From assembly GCA_017432645.1 (NCBI GenBank), contig JAFRIU010000047.1:12107-76106 (forward strand): a DNA stretch of 64,000 nucleotides. The letters run 5' to 3'. Made by a program: the position numbers and the translations under genes. Each line of letters starts with the position of its first letter. The first letter of the stretch is position 1. This document shows, piece after piece, positions 47,372-59,174 of the stretch. The notes under the pieces were generated by a model. That model worked only from the letters and a program-made list of their open reading frames with translations, made no database searches and was not told the origin of the DNA. Source of the DNA: Bacilli bacterium. Its GTDB lineage: Bacteria > Bacillota_I > Bacilli_A > RF39 > UBA660.

Positions 47372-47911
47372 TTACTTTCTAAAAGGAATTCCAAGTCCAT
47401 TTAATAAGTCGAATGCTTCTTCATTTGTTTTTGCTGTTGTAACAAATACGATATCCATACCACGAACTTTTACAACATCATCATAATTAATCTCTTGAAA
47501 GATTAATTGTTCTTTAATTCCCATTGTATAATTTCCTCTACCATCAAATGCTTTTGGACTTACACCACGAAAATCTCTTACTCCTGGAAGAGCAATTGCA
47601 ATTAACTTATGCATAAAGTTATACATATTGTCTCCTCTTAGAGTCGCTTTGCAACCAATAGATTGACCCTCTCTAACCTTAAATCCAGCAATGGATTTCT
47701 TTGCTTTAGTAACTACTGGCTTTTGTCCAGCAATCTTAGCTAAGTCTGCTGCTGCTGCTTCAATCAATTTTGAATTTGAAGTAGCATCACCAACACCCAT
47801 ATTGATTACAATTTTTTCTAATTTTGGAACTTCCATTATTGACTTATAATTATATTTTTCCATTAAACTTGGAACAACTTCTTTTAAGTATTTTTCTTTT
47901 AGGCGGTTCAT
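47372..47911 (-). CDS. rplE: 50S ribosomal protein L5
   Basis: Conserved sequence. Confidence 0.9.
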   Translation of the reverse strand: MNRLKEKYLKEVVPSLMEKYNYKSIMEVPKLEKIVINMGVGDATSNSKLIEAAAADLAKIAGQKPVVTKAKKSIAGFKVREGQSIGCKATLRGDNMYNFMHKLIAIALPGVRDFRGVSPKAFDGRGNYTMGIKEQLIFQEINYDDVVKVRGMDIVFVTTAKTNEEAFDLLNGLGIPFRK

Positions 47912-47928
47912 AAATACCCTCCTTCCAA

Positions 47929-48240
47929 CTAATCAATTTTCTCGTTTGATTTTTTTGCAATTCTTATTTTTTTACCTGTTTTTTCTTCTGTTGTATATCC
48001 CACTCTAGTTCTTTTCTTTGTTTTAGGATCTAGTAACATAACATTTGAAGCATCGATTGGTGCATTTCTATCAACAATTCCACCTGTTTCTTGAGCAGTT
48101 GACTTTTGATGCTTTTTTACAACATGAACACCATCTACAATAACTTTATGTTCAGCTTTAAATGTTCTTAATACTTTTCCTGTTTTTCCTTTATCAGAAC
48201 CAGCAATGACTACAACTTCATCTCCTACTTTAAAGTTCAT
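47929..48240 (-). CDS. rplX: 50S ribosomal protein L24
   Basis: Conserved KOW sequence. Confidence 0.9.
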   Translation of the reverse strand: MNFKVGDEVVVIAGSDKGKTGKVLRTFKAEHKVIVDGVHVVKKHQKSTAQETGGIVDRNAPIDASNVMLLDPKTKKRTRVGYTTEEKTGKKIRIAKKSNEKID

Positions 48241-48251
48241 AAATCCTCCTA

Positions 48252-48620
48252 TTATAGTACTTCTTTTGCTAAAGACACAATTTTCATATAATCTTTATCA
48301 CGAAGTTCTCTTGCTACTGGTCCGAAAATACGAGTTCCTACCGGACTCTTATCATCACGAATGATAACACAAGCATTGTCATCAAACTTAATATATGATC
48401 CGTCATCACGATGAACGCCTTGACGAGATCGAACGATAACAGCTTTTACAACTTTTCCCTTTGCAATTGGTGAGTTCGGAATAGCACTTTTAACAGTACC
48501 TACTACAACATCCCCAATGTTACCTGTTTTTACTTTACTTCCTCCCAATACACGAATTACTAATAATTCACGTGCACCAGAGTTATCTGCCACTTTCATG
48601 CGGCTTTCTTGTTGTAACAT
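48252..48620 (-). CDS. rplN: 50S ribosomal protein L14
   Basis: [19 protein letters not shown]-terminus. Confidence 0.9.
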   Translation of the reverse strand: MLQQESRMKVADNSGARELLVIRVLGGSKVKTGNIGDVVVGTVKSAIPNSPIAKGKVVKAVIVRSRQGVHRDDGSYIKFDDNACVIIRDDKSPVGTRIFGPVARELRDKDYMKIVSLAKEVL

Positions 48621-48646
48621 AATATTCCTCCTTCTTCATCTTAGCG

Positions 48647-48907
48647 TTAAACAATAACAGCTTCTTTTACGATTTCTTTTAAATAAAAATGTTTTGTCTT
48701 GGATAATGGTCTCGTCTCAACTATACGAACTGTATCTCCAACTTTTGCGATGTTCTTTTCATCATGTACACAATATTTCTTAGAGCTTTTAACTCTCTTG
48801 TGATATTTAGGATGGTTTTTATAAGTTTCAACCAGTACACTAATTGTTTTATCATTAACGTTGCTTACTACTTTTCCAACTAGCTCTTTACTTAATCTCT
48901 TTTCCAC
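48647..48907 (-). CDS. rpsQ: 30S ribosomal protein S17
   Basis: Conserved sequence. Confidence 0.9.
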   Translation of the reverse strand: MEKRLSKELVGKVVSNVNDKTISVLVETYKNHPKYHKRVKSSKKYCVHDEKNIAKVGDTVRIVETRPLSKTKHFYLKEIVKEAVIV

Positions 48908-48920
48908 TTTATAGTTCCTC

Positions 48921-49115
48921 CTATTCCTTCTCTTCGCGTTCTTTTAGAACGGTCTTCATTCTCGCAACAGTGTGTCTCAAATCTCTAATTCTAGAAGGCT
49001 TTTCCAAATTACCCGTTGCTTGTTGAAAACGTAAATTAAATAATTCTTCTTTCGTTTCCACTAACTTCTTGTTAATATCCTCTGTTGATAATTCTCTAAT
49101 TTCTTTAACCTTCAT
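48921..49115 (-). CDS. rpmC: 50S ribosomal protein L29
   Basis: [19 protein letters not shown]-terminus. The start is trimmed to the second ATG. Confidence 0.85.
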   Translation of the reverse strand: MKVKEIRELSTEDINKKLVETKEELFNLRFQQATGNLEKPSRIRDLRHTVARMKTVLKEREEKE

Positions 49116-49536
49116 TTGACTCACCACCATTTTCTTTTGTTACAAATTTAGTTGTGATTGGTAATTTGTGAGAAGCAAGTCTTAATGCCTCACGTGCCGT
49201 TGCTTCATCTACTCCAGCAATTTCAAACATAATCTTGCCTTCTTTTACAACAGCAACCCATCCTTCCACATTACCTTTACCTTTACCTTGTCTAGTACCA
49301 ATTGGTTTCTTTGTTAAAGGCATATGTGGAAAAATATTAATCCAAACTGTTCCTCCACGCTTCATATAACGTGTCATAGCAATACGAGCAGCCTCGATTT
49401 GATTAGCAGTAATCCAAGCACCTTCTTTTGCTTGTAATCCATACTCACCAAACGTCAACTCTCTATTACCACGTGATCTACCTTCGTGAGGTAATCTATG
49501 AACACGACGATATTTTGTTCTTGACGGTATTAACAT
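49105..49536 (-). CDS. rplP: 50S ribosomal protein L16
   Basis: Conserved sequence. Confidence 0.9.
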   Translation of the reverse strand: MLIPSRTKYRRVHRLPHEGRSRGNRELTFGEYGLQAKEGAWITANQIEAARIAMTRYMKRGGTVWINIFPHMPLTKKPIGTRQGKGKGNVEGWVAVVKEGKIMFEIAGVDEATAREALRLASHKLPITTKFVTKENGGESNEG

Positions 49537-49538
49537 AA

Positions 49539-50210
49539 TTAATTACCTCCCTTAGCCTTATTTTCTTCTTTGTTGTTCTTTTTATTTAGGATTTCTCCTT
49601 TATAAATCCAAACCTTTACACCAATTTTTCCGAATGTAGTATCAGCTTCACTCATTGCATAATCTACATCAGCACGTAAAGTATGTAGAGGAATGGTTCC
49701 TTCTGTATATCCTTCACTACGAGCCATTTCAGCTCCTCCTAAACGTCCAGATACACTTGTTTTAATTCCTTTAGCTCCGGCCTTCATAGCATTACGAATA
49801 GCACGTTTTTGAGCCATACGGAAAGATGCTCTATTGGTAATTTGATTTGCGATAGAATCAGCAACTAATTGAGCATTTAAATCTGCATTCTTAACATCTA
49901 CAATTGAAATTTGAACATTTTCATCAGCAATAGATGAAAGTTGTTTTTTCAATTTTTCTATTTCTTCTCCACCATGTCCAATCATAACACCTGGTTTTGA
50001 AGTATGAATAACAACTTCTGTTCTCTTAGCACTTCTTTCAATTTCAACTTTAGCAATTCCAGCATTTTTTAACTTTTTAGCTAAATATTCACGCATTTTT
50101 ACATCATTATTTAAGTATTTAGCAAAATCTTTCTTATTACTGTACCATTTTGCTTGCCAGTCTTTATTGATACCAAGTCTTAGTCCATTAGGATCTACCT
50201 TTTGTCCCAT
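49539..50210 (-). CDS. rpsC: 30S ribosomal protein S3
   Basis: Conserved KH-domain sequence. Confidence 0.9.
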   Translation of the reverse strand: MGQKVDPNGLRLGINKDWQAKWYSNKKDFAKYLNNDVKMREYLAKKLKNAGIAKVEIERSAKRTEVVIHTSKPGVMIGHGGEEIEKLKKQLSSIADENVQISIVDVKNADLNAQLVADSIANQITNRASFRMAQKRAIRNAMKAGAKGIKTSVSGRLGGAEMARSEGYTEGTIPLHTLRADVDYAMSEADTTFGKIGVKVWIYKGEILNKKNNKEENKAKGGN

Positions 50211-50225
50211 TTTGTAACCTCCTTA

Positions 50226-50561
50226 TTAGTTTTTCGTAGCCACTTCTATATAAATGTGACTAGTTCTATGATCTCTGTGTCCTATGTGTGAACGTGAATC
50301 AAAAAAGTGACGTTTCATAACAGGACCAGCATCTACTCTTGCTTCTTTAACGTAAAGTGTATTACGATCAGCACCATTATTATTAACGGCATTAGCAAGG
50401 GCAGATTCTAATACTTTTTGTGTATATCTAGCTGATTTATTATTAACATTACTTAATATGGTTAATGCTTCGGTTGCGCTTTTTCCACGTATCATATCTA
50501 CCACTAATCTTGCTCTAATAGGTGATATTCTTAAACCTTTTGCAATTGCTCTTGCTTCCAT
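50226..50561 (-). CDS. rplV: 50S ribosomal protein L22
   Basis: Conserved sequence. Confidence 0.9.
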   Translation of the reverse strand: MEARAIAKGLRISPIRARLVVDMIRGKSATEALTILSNVNNKSARYTQKVLESALANAVNNNGADRNTLYVKEARVDAGPVMKRHFFDSRSHIGHRDHRTSHIYIEVATKN

Positions 50562-50584
50562 ATTTTTACCCTCCTAGTCATTTT

Positions 50585-50854
50585 TTACTTATTTTTTTCT
50601 GAACCATGTCCACCAAATTTACGTGTTAATGCAAATTCTCCTAACTTATGTCCAACCATATCTTCTGTTACATACACAGGAATGAATTCTCTTCCATTAT
50701 GTACAGCAAATGTATGTCCAATAAAATCAGGAAAAATAGTGGAACGGCGTGACCATGTTTTAATGACTTCTTTTTTTCCAGATTTATTTAATTCTTGAAC
50801 CCTCTTTAGTAATCGATCAAATACATAAGGGCCTTTCTTTAAGCTTCTTGCCAT
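50585..50854 (-). CDS. rpsS: 30S ribosomal protein S19
   Basis: Conserved sequence. Confidence 0.9.
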   Translation of the reverse strand: MARSLKKGPYVFDRLLKRVQELNKSGKKEVIKTWSRRSTIFPDFIGHTFAVHNGREFIPVYVTEDMVGHKLGEFALTRKFGGHGSEKNK

Positions 50855-50871
50855 TTTACAAGTCTCCTTTC

Positions 50872-51702
50872 CTATTTACCATTGCGACGACGTACTATGA
50901 ACTTGTCAGATTGCTTTTTCTTACGTGTCTTTAATCCAAGTGCTTTCTTACCCCATGGAGTCATTGGAGCCTTACGTCCAACAGGTGCACGTCCTTCTCC
51001 ACCACCATGTGGGTGATCGTTTGGATTCATTACAGAACCACGAACAGTAGGTCTTACTCCCATATGACGAGTACGTCCTGCTTTTCCTACTTTAACAAGG
51101 GATGAGTCTTCGTTTCCAACAACACCAACCGTTGCTATACAGGTTCCTAATATTTCTCTTTGTTCTCCACTTGATAGACGAACCATAACATAATTACCTT
51201 CACGACCAAGAATCTGAGCAGAGCTTCCTGCACTTCTTACTAATTCTCCACCTTTTCCAGGTCTTAATTCAATGTTATGAATCATGGTACCAACTGGAAT
51301 ATTCATAATTGGTAATGCGTTACCAGCCTTGATATCAGCATTTTCTCCAGCCTCAATAACAGCACCAACTTCTAATTCTTTTGGAGCCAAAATATATCTT
51401 TTTTCTCCATCTAAATATTGAATTAGCGCAATATTTGCTGTTCTGTTAGGATCATATTCAATGCTTACTACAGTTCCAGGAACGTTAAGCTTATTTCTTT
51501 TAAAATCGATAATACGATATTTTCTCTTTTCTCCTCCACCATGATGACGAACCGTGATCTTACCTTGATTATTACGTCCACCATTTTTCTTCATAGTAAC
51601 GGTAAGAGATTTTTCTGGAGTACTAGCAGTAATTTCTTCATTTACTAAAGTACTCATTTTTCTACGTCCTGGTGTAGTCGGTTTATAATTTTTGATTGCC
51701 AT
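50872..51702 (-). CDS. rplB: 50S ribosomal protein L2
   Basis: Conserved sequence. Confidence 0.95.
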   Translation of the reverse strand: MAIKNYKPTTPGRRKMSTLVNEEITASTPEKSLTVTMKKNGGRNNQGKITVRHHGGGEKRKYRIIDFKRNKLNVPGTVVSIEYDPNRTANIALIQYLDGEKRYILAPKELEVGAVIEAGENADIKAGNALPIMNIPVGTMIHNIELRPGKGGELVRSAGSSAQILGREGNYVMVRLSSGEQREILGTCIATVGVVGNEDSSLVKVGKAGRTRHMGVRPTVRGSVMNPNDHPHGGGEGRAPVGRKAPMTPWGKKALGLKTRKKKQSDKFIVRRRNGK

Positions 51703-51716
51703 AATATTCCCTCCTT

Positions 51717-52001
51717 CTAACCAAGATCAATTGTTTGTCCTTCTTTTAAGGTAACAATTGCTTTCTTCGTACGATTCGTTAATCCAGTATAACGACCAAC
51801 TCTTTTTTTCTTAGGTTTTACATTTATTGTACGAATAGATGTAACCTCTACTTTAAATAACTTTTCAATAGCTTCCTTAATTTCTAACTTATTTGCTTTA
51901 GGATCTACTTTAAAAGTATATTTTCCATCTGCCTTAGCAGTCTCTGATTTCTCCGTAACAACGGGTGCCTTGATAATCTCTAAATATTTTGTGTCTTTCA
52001 T
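51717..52001 (-). CDS. rplW: 50S ribosomal protein L23
   Basis: Conserved sequence. Confidence 0.9.
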   Translation of the reverse strand: MKDTKYLEIIKAPVVTEKSETAKADGKYTFKVDPKANKLEIKEAIEKLFKVEVTSIRTINVKPKKKRVGRYTGLTNRTKKAIVTLKEGQTIDLG

Positions 52002-52627
52002 TATTTAAGCACCTCCTCAATATATTGAATAGCCTCTTCTGTTACAACCATCACATCTGTTCCTACAATATCTAATACATTGATTTCATCTGCTAAAATG
52101 AAGATTACATTTTGAAGATTTCTAGAAGCAAATATCATATTATCATCAAATTCTTTTACAACTAATAATACTTTCTTATCAGCAATTTTTAATGATTCTA
52201 AAATATTTACCATTTCCTTTGTTTTAGGAGTCTTTACTTCCAATTGATCAATTACTATCAATTCTTTAGCAGCTACTTTTTCTGATAATGCAGAACGAAG
52301 TGCCAATTGTCTTTCTTTTCTATTTTGCTTAATACTGTAATCTCTAGGTACTGGAGTTCCATAACGACCTCCACCTACCCATTGAACGGCTCTAATTGAA
52401 CCTTGACGTGCACGTCCAGTTCCTTTTTGTCTCCATGGCTTTTTTCCACCACCAGAAACCTCTGAACGAGTTTTAGTTTTATGTGTTCCTTGTCTCAATG
52501 ATGCCATTGATAAAATAATTGCATCATTCAAAACATTTTTGTTTGGTGTAATTCCAAATATCTCTTCGTTTAAATTAATGTCCTTTACTTTTTCACCTTT
52601 AAGATTTAAAAGTTCTACTTTTTTCAT
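52001..52627 (-). CDS. rplD: 50S ribosomal protein L4
   Basis: Conserved sequence. Confidence 0.9.
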   Translation of the reverse strand: MKKVELLNLKGEKVKDINLNEEIFGITPNKNVLNDAIILSMASLRQGTHKTKTRSEVSGGGKKPWRQKGTGRARQGSIRAVQWVGGGRYGTPVPRDYSIKQNRKERQLALRSALSEKVAAKELIVIDQLEVKTPKTKEMVNILESLKIADKKVLLVVKEFDDNMIFASRNLQNVIFILADEINVLDIVGTDVMVVTEEAIQYIEEVLK

Positions 52628-52686
52628 CTATGATTCCTCCTTTCATCACTTATCCATAAATTTCTTATTCTTTTATTGTGATGATT

Positions 52687-53469
52687 TTACTCTTCAACGG
52701 CTGTTTCTTCTGGTGTTGTTTCTTCTGTAGAAGTATCTTCTACTGGCTCTGCCTCAGTTACTTCTACTACTTCTTCTGCAACTTCTTCAACTACTGGAGC
52801 CATTTCTTCATAAACTACTAAATCAGCAGCTTCTCTCTTTTCATTTGGCTTTCTTGCAGCAGTATGAATCATAACGAATGATTTCTTTGCACCTGGAACA
52901 TTACCTTTAACTAAAATTACACTATTTTCTGTATCAATAGATACAATCTCCAAATTTTGAACAGTTCTTTTTACATTACCCATTTGACCAGGCATTTTCT
53001 TTCCTTTTAGTACATGCTTTGGTAAATGAGTTCCTAAAGATCCAACACCTCTATGATATTGAGATCCATGTCCTTTTGGACCAATATGTTGATTATGTCT
53101 TTTAATAACACCTTGGAAACCTTTTCCTTTTGAAGTTCCCGTGACATCAACAATTTCCCCAGCCTCGAAAATGTCTACACTAATTACTTGTCCTAGTGTG
53201 TAATCATTAACATTTACTCCTCTGATTTCTCTTAAGAAGCGCTTAGGGGTTGTTTGAGCTTTTTTTGTATGACCCATTTCTGGTTTATTACTCAATCCTT
53301 CACGAATTGAATCTGTAGCTAATTGAATAGCATCATAACCATCTTTTTCTACTGTTTTGATTTGAGTAACCACATTTGGTTCAACTTCAATAACAGTGAC
53401 TGGAATTAACTTACCATCCTTTGTGAAGACTTGAGTCATTCCAATTTTTCTACCTAAGATTCCTTTCAT
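52687..53469 (-). CDS. rplC: 50S ribosomal protein L3 with acidic C-terminal extension
   Basis: L3 core plus a ~50-aa E/V/T-rich tail (…[40 protein letters not shown]). Confidence 0.9.
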   Translation of the reverse strand: MKGILGRKIGMTQVFTKDGKLIPVTVIEVEPNVVTQIKTVEKDGYDAIQLATDSIREGLSNKPEMGHTKKAQTTPKRFLREIRGVNVNDYTLGQVISVDIFEAGEIVDVTGTSKGKGFQGVIKRHNQHIGPKGHGSQYHRGVGSLGTHLPKHVLKGKKMPGQMGNVKRTVQNLEIVSIDTENSVILVKGNVPGAKKSFVMIHTAARKPNEKREAADLVVYEEMAPVVEEVAEEVVEVTEAEPVEDTSTEETTPEETAVEE

Positions 53470-53483
53470 TTTTTATTCCTCCA

Positions 53484-53795
53484 TTATTTTGTTTTAATTT
53501 CGATATCTACTCCGCTTGGTAAATCCAAATGAGCTAATGCATCAATGGTCTCCTTGCTTGGATTTTTGATATCAATTAATCTTTTGTGTGTACGCATCTC
53601 GAATTGTTCACGTGAATCTTTATATTTATGAACAGCTCTTAAAATCGTAAACTTTTCAATTTCTGTTGGTAGTGGTACTGGACCAGAGATTTCTCCACCA
53701 GAACGTTTAACAGTTTCTAAGATTTTCTTTGCTGCATTATCAAGAACTCTGTGATCATAACCCTTAATTCTGATACGAATTTTTTCTGTTGACAT
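53484..53795 (-). CDS. rpsJ: 30S ribosomal protein S10
   Basis: Conserved sequence. First gene of the cluster. Confidence 0.95.
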   Translation of the reverse strand: MSTEKIRIRIKGYDHRVLDNAAKKILETVKRSGGEISGPVPLPTEIEKFTILRAVHKYKDSREQFEMRTHKRLIDIKNPSKETIDALAHLDLPSGVDIEIKTK

Positions 53796-53918
53796 TCTAA
53801 ATCCTCCCTTCGCCTATATCTAGTATAGACTTGCTCCGAACGAATAACCCGATAACCAATTAGCAACCCAACCTGGTGTATCGACAACCTCGCACATCTA
53901 AGCAGTCACACATAGTTC

Positions 53919-53947
53919 ATTTTAACATAGAAATATAAGGAAATCAA
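53919..53947 (-). promoter_or_regulatory. candidate S10-operon promoter (TTGATT, 17 nt spacer, TGtTAAAAT) with a ~115-nt GC-richer leader
   Basis: The minus-strand reading gives consensus-like -35 and extended -10. The downstream 5' UTR is unusually GC-rich for this genome. Confidence 0.4.
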
Positions 53948-54042
53948 TCTATTTTTAATTTTTTTTCAGTTTTTTCCATCTTGACGGAGTCCTACTTTTT
54001 GAAGTACAATAAACATAGAAAAAATAGGAATGGGATGATTAT

Positions 54043-54876
54043 ATGGTGACAAATAATGAATTAAATTTAGAAAACGTTAAAAAAGGATTAAAAAATAAGA
54101 AAATAATAATTGCAATCGTAGTGATTCTAATACTAATCGCAATTATTGTTTATATTCTATCAAACAGTAAAGGAGCATTTGAATCACAACTTAAGAAAAT
54201 GGGCTTCACCAGTCTAGAAAATGAAGGATTTATATGCGATGCCATCAAAAAAGACAGTAAATTAATGATGTCTACTAGAAAGTATTCTTTTATAGCTATC
54301 AATGGAGAAGTTTATGATATTACTTTCAACAAGCAAGAAAACAACAAACAAAACTGTGAAAAAAGAGATTTCAGTACAAAAATTAAATCTTACATTGATA
54401 ATATTGTAGTAGGAGAAGATGGAAAATATTACGCAGTTTATGATAATCTTGCACAAAAAGAAGATGTAAGCTTCAATTTTGGTATAGATGATGTTGTACA
54501 AAAGAATTATCAATTCTTCTTAAAGAAAGATGGAAATATCTACTTCCAAGAAAATCCAGAAGATGAAAACATAGTACTAAAATATAAGAAACAAGATGTA
54601 AAAGGAACAATTCAAAGTTTCTCTATTATCAATTCAGACTATACGGAAAATGAAGAAAGAAAAATTGTAATCTTAACAGATAAAGCAGTTTATTATACAA
54701 GAGCAACCAACAAAGAAAAATGTAAAAACTATGCTGATGTTAAATGTGATTATCAACTAGTAAAAGATAAAGCACTTTCAAAATTCCGTAAATATATTTT
54801 ATACGTAGATGATACCGCAATCATTACAAAAGATGGCAAAGTATTATACGTAAATGATTATTTCGATAAAAAATAA
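54043..54876 (+). CDS. hypothetical membrane-anchored protein (N-terminal TM, extracytoplasmic domain)
   Basis: One TM helix near aa 20-40. No recognisable domain. Confidence 0.4.
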   Translation: MVTNNELNLENVKKGLKNKKIIIAIVVILILIAIIVYILSNSKGAFESQLKKMGFTSLENEGFICDAIKKDSKLMMSTRKYSFIAINGEVYDITFNKQENNKQNCEKRDFSTKIKSYIDNIVVGEDGKYYAVYDNLAQKEDVSFNFGIDDVVQKNYQFFLKKDGNIYFQENPEDENIVLKYKKQDVKGTIQSFSIINSDYTENEERKIVILTDKAVYYTRATNKEKCKNYADVKCDYQLVKDKALSKFRKYILYVDDTAIITKDGKVLYVNDYFDKK

Positions 54877-54878
54877 AA

Positions 54879-54906
54879 AAAGGATGAGTTTTCATCCTTT
54901 TTTATT
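54879..54906. terminator. bidirectional terminator
   Basis: AAGGATGA, loop gttt, TCATCCTT, then T-run. It spans the stop of the convergent Y-family polymerase gene. Confidence 0.6.
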
Positions 54907-56091
54907 TTTCTTCATAGATGCAGGAATCACCGCAGTATGACCAAAACGATTATTAATATGATCAATAATAAACTGAACATGATCTTCTTTTGAATCGCTA
55001 GTATTAGAATCAAATAAACTTATCTGATCCGTTTTAAACTCTTCTAGATTAGATAATTTAATACCTATCAAACGAATAGCATCCCCCTTCCAAGTATCCT
55101 CCAGTAATTTTTTTGCAACACCATATATTTCTTCCGTCTTACAAATAGAAGAAGATAACTTTTCTTGATGCTGATAAGTACAAAACTGATTATTCTTTAG
55201 TACAATACCAACCGTATTGGCATACAATTTCTGATTCCTCAATCTTCTTCCAACTTCTTGAGATAAATCCAGTAATACTTCCCCTAATTGATCAATATCC
55301 TGATAATCATGAGGTAAAGTAGTAGAAATGGAAATACTTTGATTCTTCTCTCTATCACTAATTACTTCACTATCATCTATTCCATTTGCTTGATTCAATA
55401 AGAATTGTGCCTGATTTTTAAAATATCTCTTCAAAAGAGCTTCATTGGCATGAGCCAAATCCCCAATCGTCTGAATTTTCAAACTTCTTAAAACCTTAGC
55501 AGTCTCTCGTCCCACCATATAAAGCTGATCAACCGGTAAAATCCACATCTTATCCGGAATCTCTTCCATCCAAAGAGTGTGTACCCTATTAGGTTTTTCA
55601 AAATCAGATGCCATTTTTGCACACAACTTATTATTCGCAACACCAACATTTACTGTATATCCAAATTTTTGATAAATATCATCTTTTATATGAGTCGCTA
55701 AAGCAATTAAATCATGATATAAAAACTTCATACCCGTCATATCTAAAAAACATTCATCAATAGACAACTGTTCTAACTTAGGACTATATTGAGATAAATA
55801 ATTCATGAGCTCTCTCGATTTTTTAGAATACCACGAATAATCAGAAGGAAACACTTCTAACTTAGGGCACTTCTTCCTAGCAGAATAAATAGTCTCGGCC
55901 GTTACAATACCATATTTCTTTGCAACAGGAGATTTTGCTAAAACAATTCCTCTCCTACTCTTTTCATCTCCACCAATAATAGAAGGAACCATACGAATAT
56001 CTTTAGAATAACCATTTTCTAATAAAGAAACTGCTGTCCAAGAAAGAAAAGCATTATTCACATCAATATGAAATACAACCTTCTTCTCCAT
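54892..56091 (-). CDS. Y-family DNA polymerase (DinB/Pol IV-like)
   Basis: VFHIDVNNAF N-terminal motif, SIDECFLD catalytic D-E pair, and little-finger domain. The start is trimmed to MEKKVVFHID. Confidence 0.75.
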   Translation of the reverse strand: MEKKVVFHIDVNNAFLSWTAVSLLENGYSKDIRMVPSIIGGDEKSRRGIVLAKSPVAKKYGIVTAETIYSARKKCPKLEVFPSDYSWYSKKSRELMNYLSQYSPKLEQLSIDECFLDMTGMKFLYHDLIALATHIKDDIYQKFGYTVNVGVANNKLCAKMASDFEKPNRVHTLWMEEIPDKMWILPVDQLYMVGRETAKVLRSLKIQTIGDLAHANEALLKRYFKNQAQFLLNQANGIDDSEVISDREKNQSISISTTLPHDYQDIDQLGEVLLDLSQEVGRRLRNQKLYANTVGIVLKNNQFCTYQHQEKLSSSICKTEEIYGVAKKLLEDTWKGDAIRLIGIKLSNLEEFKTDQISLFDSNTSDSKEDHVQFIIDHINNRFGHTAVIPASMKKNKKG

Positions 56092-56216
56092 AACAATCAC
56101 CAATTTTATTATAGAACATTTTTTCGATTGTTTCAAATAATAAAATTATGTAGCCTTTCGGTTTACATAATTTTATTTTCTTTTCCGTCATAATGATGAT
56201 GAAGGTGATAGAAATG

Positions 56217-56465
56217 AATAAATATGAAATCAACATCTATGAACAGATTGCAAAAAATATTAAGAAATATAGAATGATAGCAGGAATAACACAAGCAGAA
56301 TTAGCAGAAAAAATCGGTGTATCTCATGAATTCATTAGAAGAAATGAATCCAAAAAAGGAAAGAAATCCTTCTCCGTAGACACCATATGGAAAATTTCTC
56401 TAGCTCTCGATATTAATCCAGGAGTATTATTTGAAATTGACATGGACGAATTAATTCATCAATAG
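56217..56465 (+). CDS. XRE-family HTH transcriptional regulator
   Basis: RBS GAAGGTGA precedes the start. The HTH is AGITQAELAEKIGVSHEFIRRNE. Confidence 0.6.
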   Translation, partial: NKYEINIYEQIAKNIKKYRMIAGITQAELAEKIGVSHEFIRRNESKKGKKSFSVDTIWKISLALDINPGVLFEIDMDELIHQ

Positions 56466-56466
56466 C

Positions 56467-57744
56467 TCACATTCTGTTTTCATTCAAGCAGAAAGTAGCA
56501 TAAATAGGGATGTATCTTACATCCTTTTTTGTGGAAAAATTATTTTCTGTAATACGATAAGCTTGCGTCACAGTAAACTTCTTCATCAATACAGATAAAG
56601 ATTTTGCCTTAGAGTTGCTCTTAATTGTAAGCTCTATAGGAATGATATACCCCATTCTATTTTGAACAACAAAATGAACTTCTGCCTTTCCCTCAGATTG
56701 ATAATAATACAAGCTGTAACCAGCCTCAGCTAATACTTTCGCAATATGATTCTCATATAGAATTTCTCGAATCGTCTCATCTGTTAAGAATTGCTTACGA
56801 TTTAAATGAAGCATAGAATACAATAAACCATCATCACAAGCATATAGCTTAAAACTATCCACTTCACGACACCCACTTAACGGAGACTTTAAATTAGATA
56901 TTTTATAACTACGATAAACCAACTGATTATTTACTAAATATTGAATGGTACTCTCATATTCTTTTGCTCGTTTTCCAGTACCAATTAAACCATACTGAAA
57001 TTTTTTGTTTTCTTTACGCAATTGATTAGGAAGAGAATCTAAAACTTCTAATCCACGAGAAATATCAATCAAATTATGATTCAATGCTACTTCTTTTTTA
57101 TAAATATCCAATATCTTTTGTTTGATAGCATCTAACTCATAATCACTTTTTCCATCCAAACTAGCCAAAACAACTTCAGGGAAACCTCCAGTAACTAAAT
57201 ATTCCTGGAAAAGATCTAAAGCCACCTTATGAAAAGCACAAGTCTTTCTCTTAGAAAAAGATTCCTTAATTAATTCAGATAAGCTTCTTTCCTCTCTAGC
57301 CCATAAGTATTCTTCAAAATCCATTCCACTCATACTCTTAAATTGAAGCTCTTCTCCCTTAAATTCAGATAGTTTCTCTTTCTTAGATATAATTGCTATA
57401 AAATGATACTTACTATGATCACTACCAAAAATCTTCAAGCCCTTAATAATATCATTTTCTAAAACATTATCTAAAACTACCAAAGTATCTTCCTTTAAAA
57501 TTGTTTCTCCAGAAAATAAAGATAATTTTAAAATAATCTTCTCAATCGATCTCTCTTTCTGAAAAAGTTCTAATATATTAGAGTTGTTCTCCGTATTAAA
57601 ATAAACCAAGTTTTTATACTCTTTTTTTCCAAACTCTAAGACAGAGAAAGTCTTCCCAACCTGTTTAGGTCCATATAAGATAAGTGGTTTACGAATAACA
57701 TCATTTTTCCATTTATGATAAAATTCTTCTATTTTACGTTCCAT
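56467..57744 (-). CDS. AAA+ ATPase with C-terminal DUF4143-like domain (COG1373 family)
   Basis: Walker A LILYGPKQVGKT, 425 aa. Architecture is typical of AAA_14 plus DUF4143 proteins. Confidence 0.6.
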   Translation of the reverse strand: MERKIEEFYHKWKNDVIRKPLILYGPKQVGKTFSVLEFGKKEYKNLVYFNTENNSNILELFQKERSIEKIILKLSLFSGETILKEDTLVVLDNVLENDIIKGLKIFGSDHSKYHFIAIISKKEKLSEFKGEELQFKSMSGMDFEEYLWAREERSLSELIKESFSKRKTCAFHKVALDLFQEYLVTGGFPEVVLASLDGKSDYELDAIKQKILDIYKKEVALNHNLIDISRGLEVLDSLPNQLRKENKKFQYGLIGTGKRAKEYESTIQYLVNNQLVYRSYKISNLKSPLSGCREVDSFKLYACDDGLLYSMLHLNRKQFLTDETIREILYENHIAKVLAEAGYSLYYYQSEGKAEVHFVVQNRMGYIIPIELTIKSNSKAKSLSVLMKKFTVTQAYRITENNFSTKKDVRYIPIYATFCLNENRM

Positions 57745-57831
57745 AAATTGTATCCTCCTAACATATTTTCTACATTAAGTATACTTTTGATCTGTTTATT
57801 TGTCAACAGAAATAAAAAAATAAGATCTCTC

Positions 57832-58233
57832 TTACTCTTTCACAGTCTTGCAAGATCCTCCTGTACTAGATTGAAAAGAATCTTGAAATGCTTTGATATA
57901 CTTTTGAACGCCCATCTTCTTAGCACTTTTTTGTTCCTGAAAAAAATCATAGGAATACTTCTTAGAAGAATAACCAATCAAGCCAACCTTGTCATAGATA
58001 ATAGTAATACTAGAATATTCTGACTTACAAACAAGCCTTTTTGAATGTAGATAAAGCATACATAAAATTCCAGCCAAAAAAAGGATAAGTCCTACTACAA
58101 GAATTCCTAGAAAAGCTAATCCAAAAGGTAATTTAGAAGATCTTCCAATCTGATGATGAAGAAAAGGATTAGAAAGATTAGCCTCTTGAAACCGATCTTG
58201 AATTTCATTCGTTTTTAAATTTTTCTTTGCCAT
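57832..58233 (-). CDS. hypothetical membrane protein
   Basis: One or two TM helices. No recognisable motifs. Confidence 0.35.
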   Translation of the reverse strand: MAKKNLKTNEIQDRFQEANLSNPFLHHQIGRSSKLPFGLAFLGILVVGLILFLAGILCMLYLHSKRLVCKSEYSSITIIYDKVGLIGYSSKKYSYDFFQEQKSAKKMGVQKYIKAFQDSFQSSTGGSCKTVKE

Positions 58234-58305
58234 TCTCTACACTTCCCTATCTAAAATAAATATAGCAAATGATTTTCCTTCTGTAAAGAAATAAAAACTC
58301 CTGAC

Positions 58306-59076
58306 TCAATTAGTAATCAGGGGCTTAGAAAACTCTAATCGAAGCTTATCTGCTATCGTAACAATAAATTCTGAATTAGTAGGCTTTGCCTTATCAATAT
58401 CTACACTATGTCCAAATATTTCTTCCATCAAATCCCAATTTCCTCTATTCCAACTCACTTCAATAGCATGACGAATAGCTCGTTCTACTCTTGATACTGT
58501 AGAATCATACTTTTTAGCGATTTCTGGATATAACTCTTTTGTGATACCACCAATCATATCAGGTCTCATATAAACCAAAGTAATTCCCTCTCGAATATAC
58601 TGATAACCCTTAATATGGGAAGGAACACCTAATTCATGCAAAGTCTTAGTAATAGATATTTGTAAATTATTATGAAAGATATCAATAACCTCTCCTTTAT
58701 GAACCTCACTTAAACTTCGAATTTTATCTTCTAGATCAGCTAATTCAAAAGGCTTTAATATAAAATAACTAGCCCCTAAAGAAGCAACCTTTCGAATCGT
58801 ATCTTGAGTATTATAAGAAGTTACCACGATTACCTTCTTATCTACTCTATTTTGATACAAATGCTCTAAAACATGTAGACCATCCTTATTTGGCATAACC
58901 AAATCCAACAAAATAACATCATAATCATCCTTCTTTTGATCAACAAAGAGAAGTCCTTCTTTACCATCTTTGGCTTCCAACACAACATCAATATCTGGAA
59001 TTTCTTTGAAATACTCCTTAATCATATCAATCAAACTCTGATTATCATCAATGACAAATAATCTTGTCTTTTCCAT
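58306..59076 (-). CDS. spo0A: sporulation master regulator Spo0A
   Basis: N-terminal receiver domain (DD...D, VMPNKDG). The C-terminal Spo0A-specific domain carries [19 protein letters not shown] and [31 protein letters not shown] precedes the start. Confidence 0.8.
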   Translation of the reverse strand: MEKTRLFVIDDNQSLIDMIKEYFKEIPDIDVVLEAKDGKEGLLFVDQKKDDYDVILLDLVMPNKDGLHVLEHLYQNRVDKKVIVVTSYNTQDTIRKVASLGASYFILKPFELADLEDKIRSLSEVHKGEVIDIFHNNLQISITKTLHELGVPSHIKGYQYIREGITLVYMRPDMIGGITKELYPEIAKKYDSTVSRVERAIRHAIEVSWNRGNWDLMEEIFGHSVDIDKAKPTNSEFIVTIADKLRLEFSKPLITN

Positions 59077-59174
59077 TTTTCTCCTCCTATCATTTACCAC
59101 GCATTATCATTATATAATAGATAAAATAAAATGGAAAGAAAAAAAATGGACAATTTTTGTCGACTGTCCATCTC

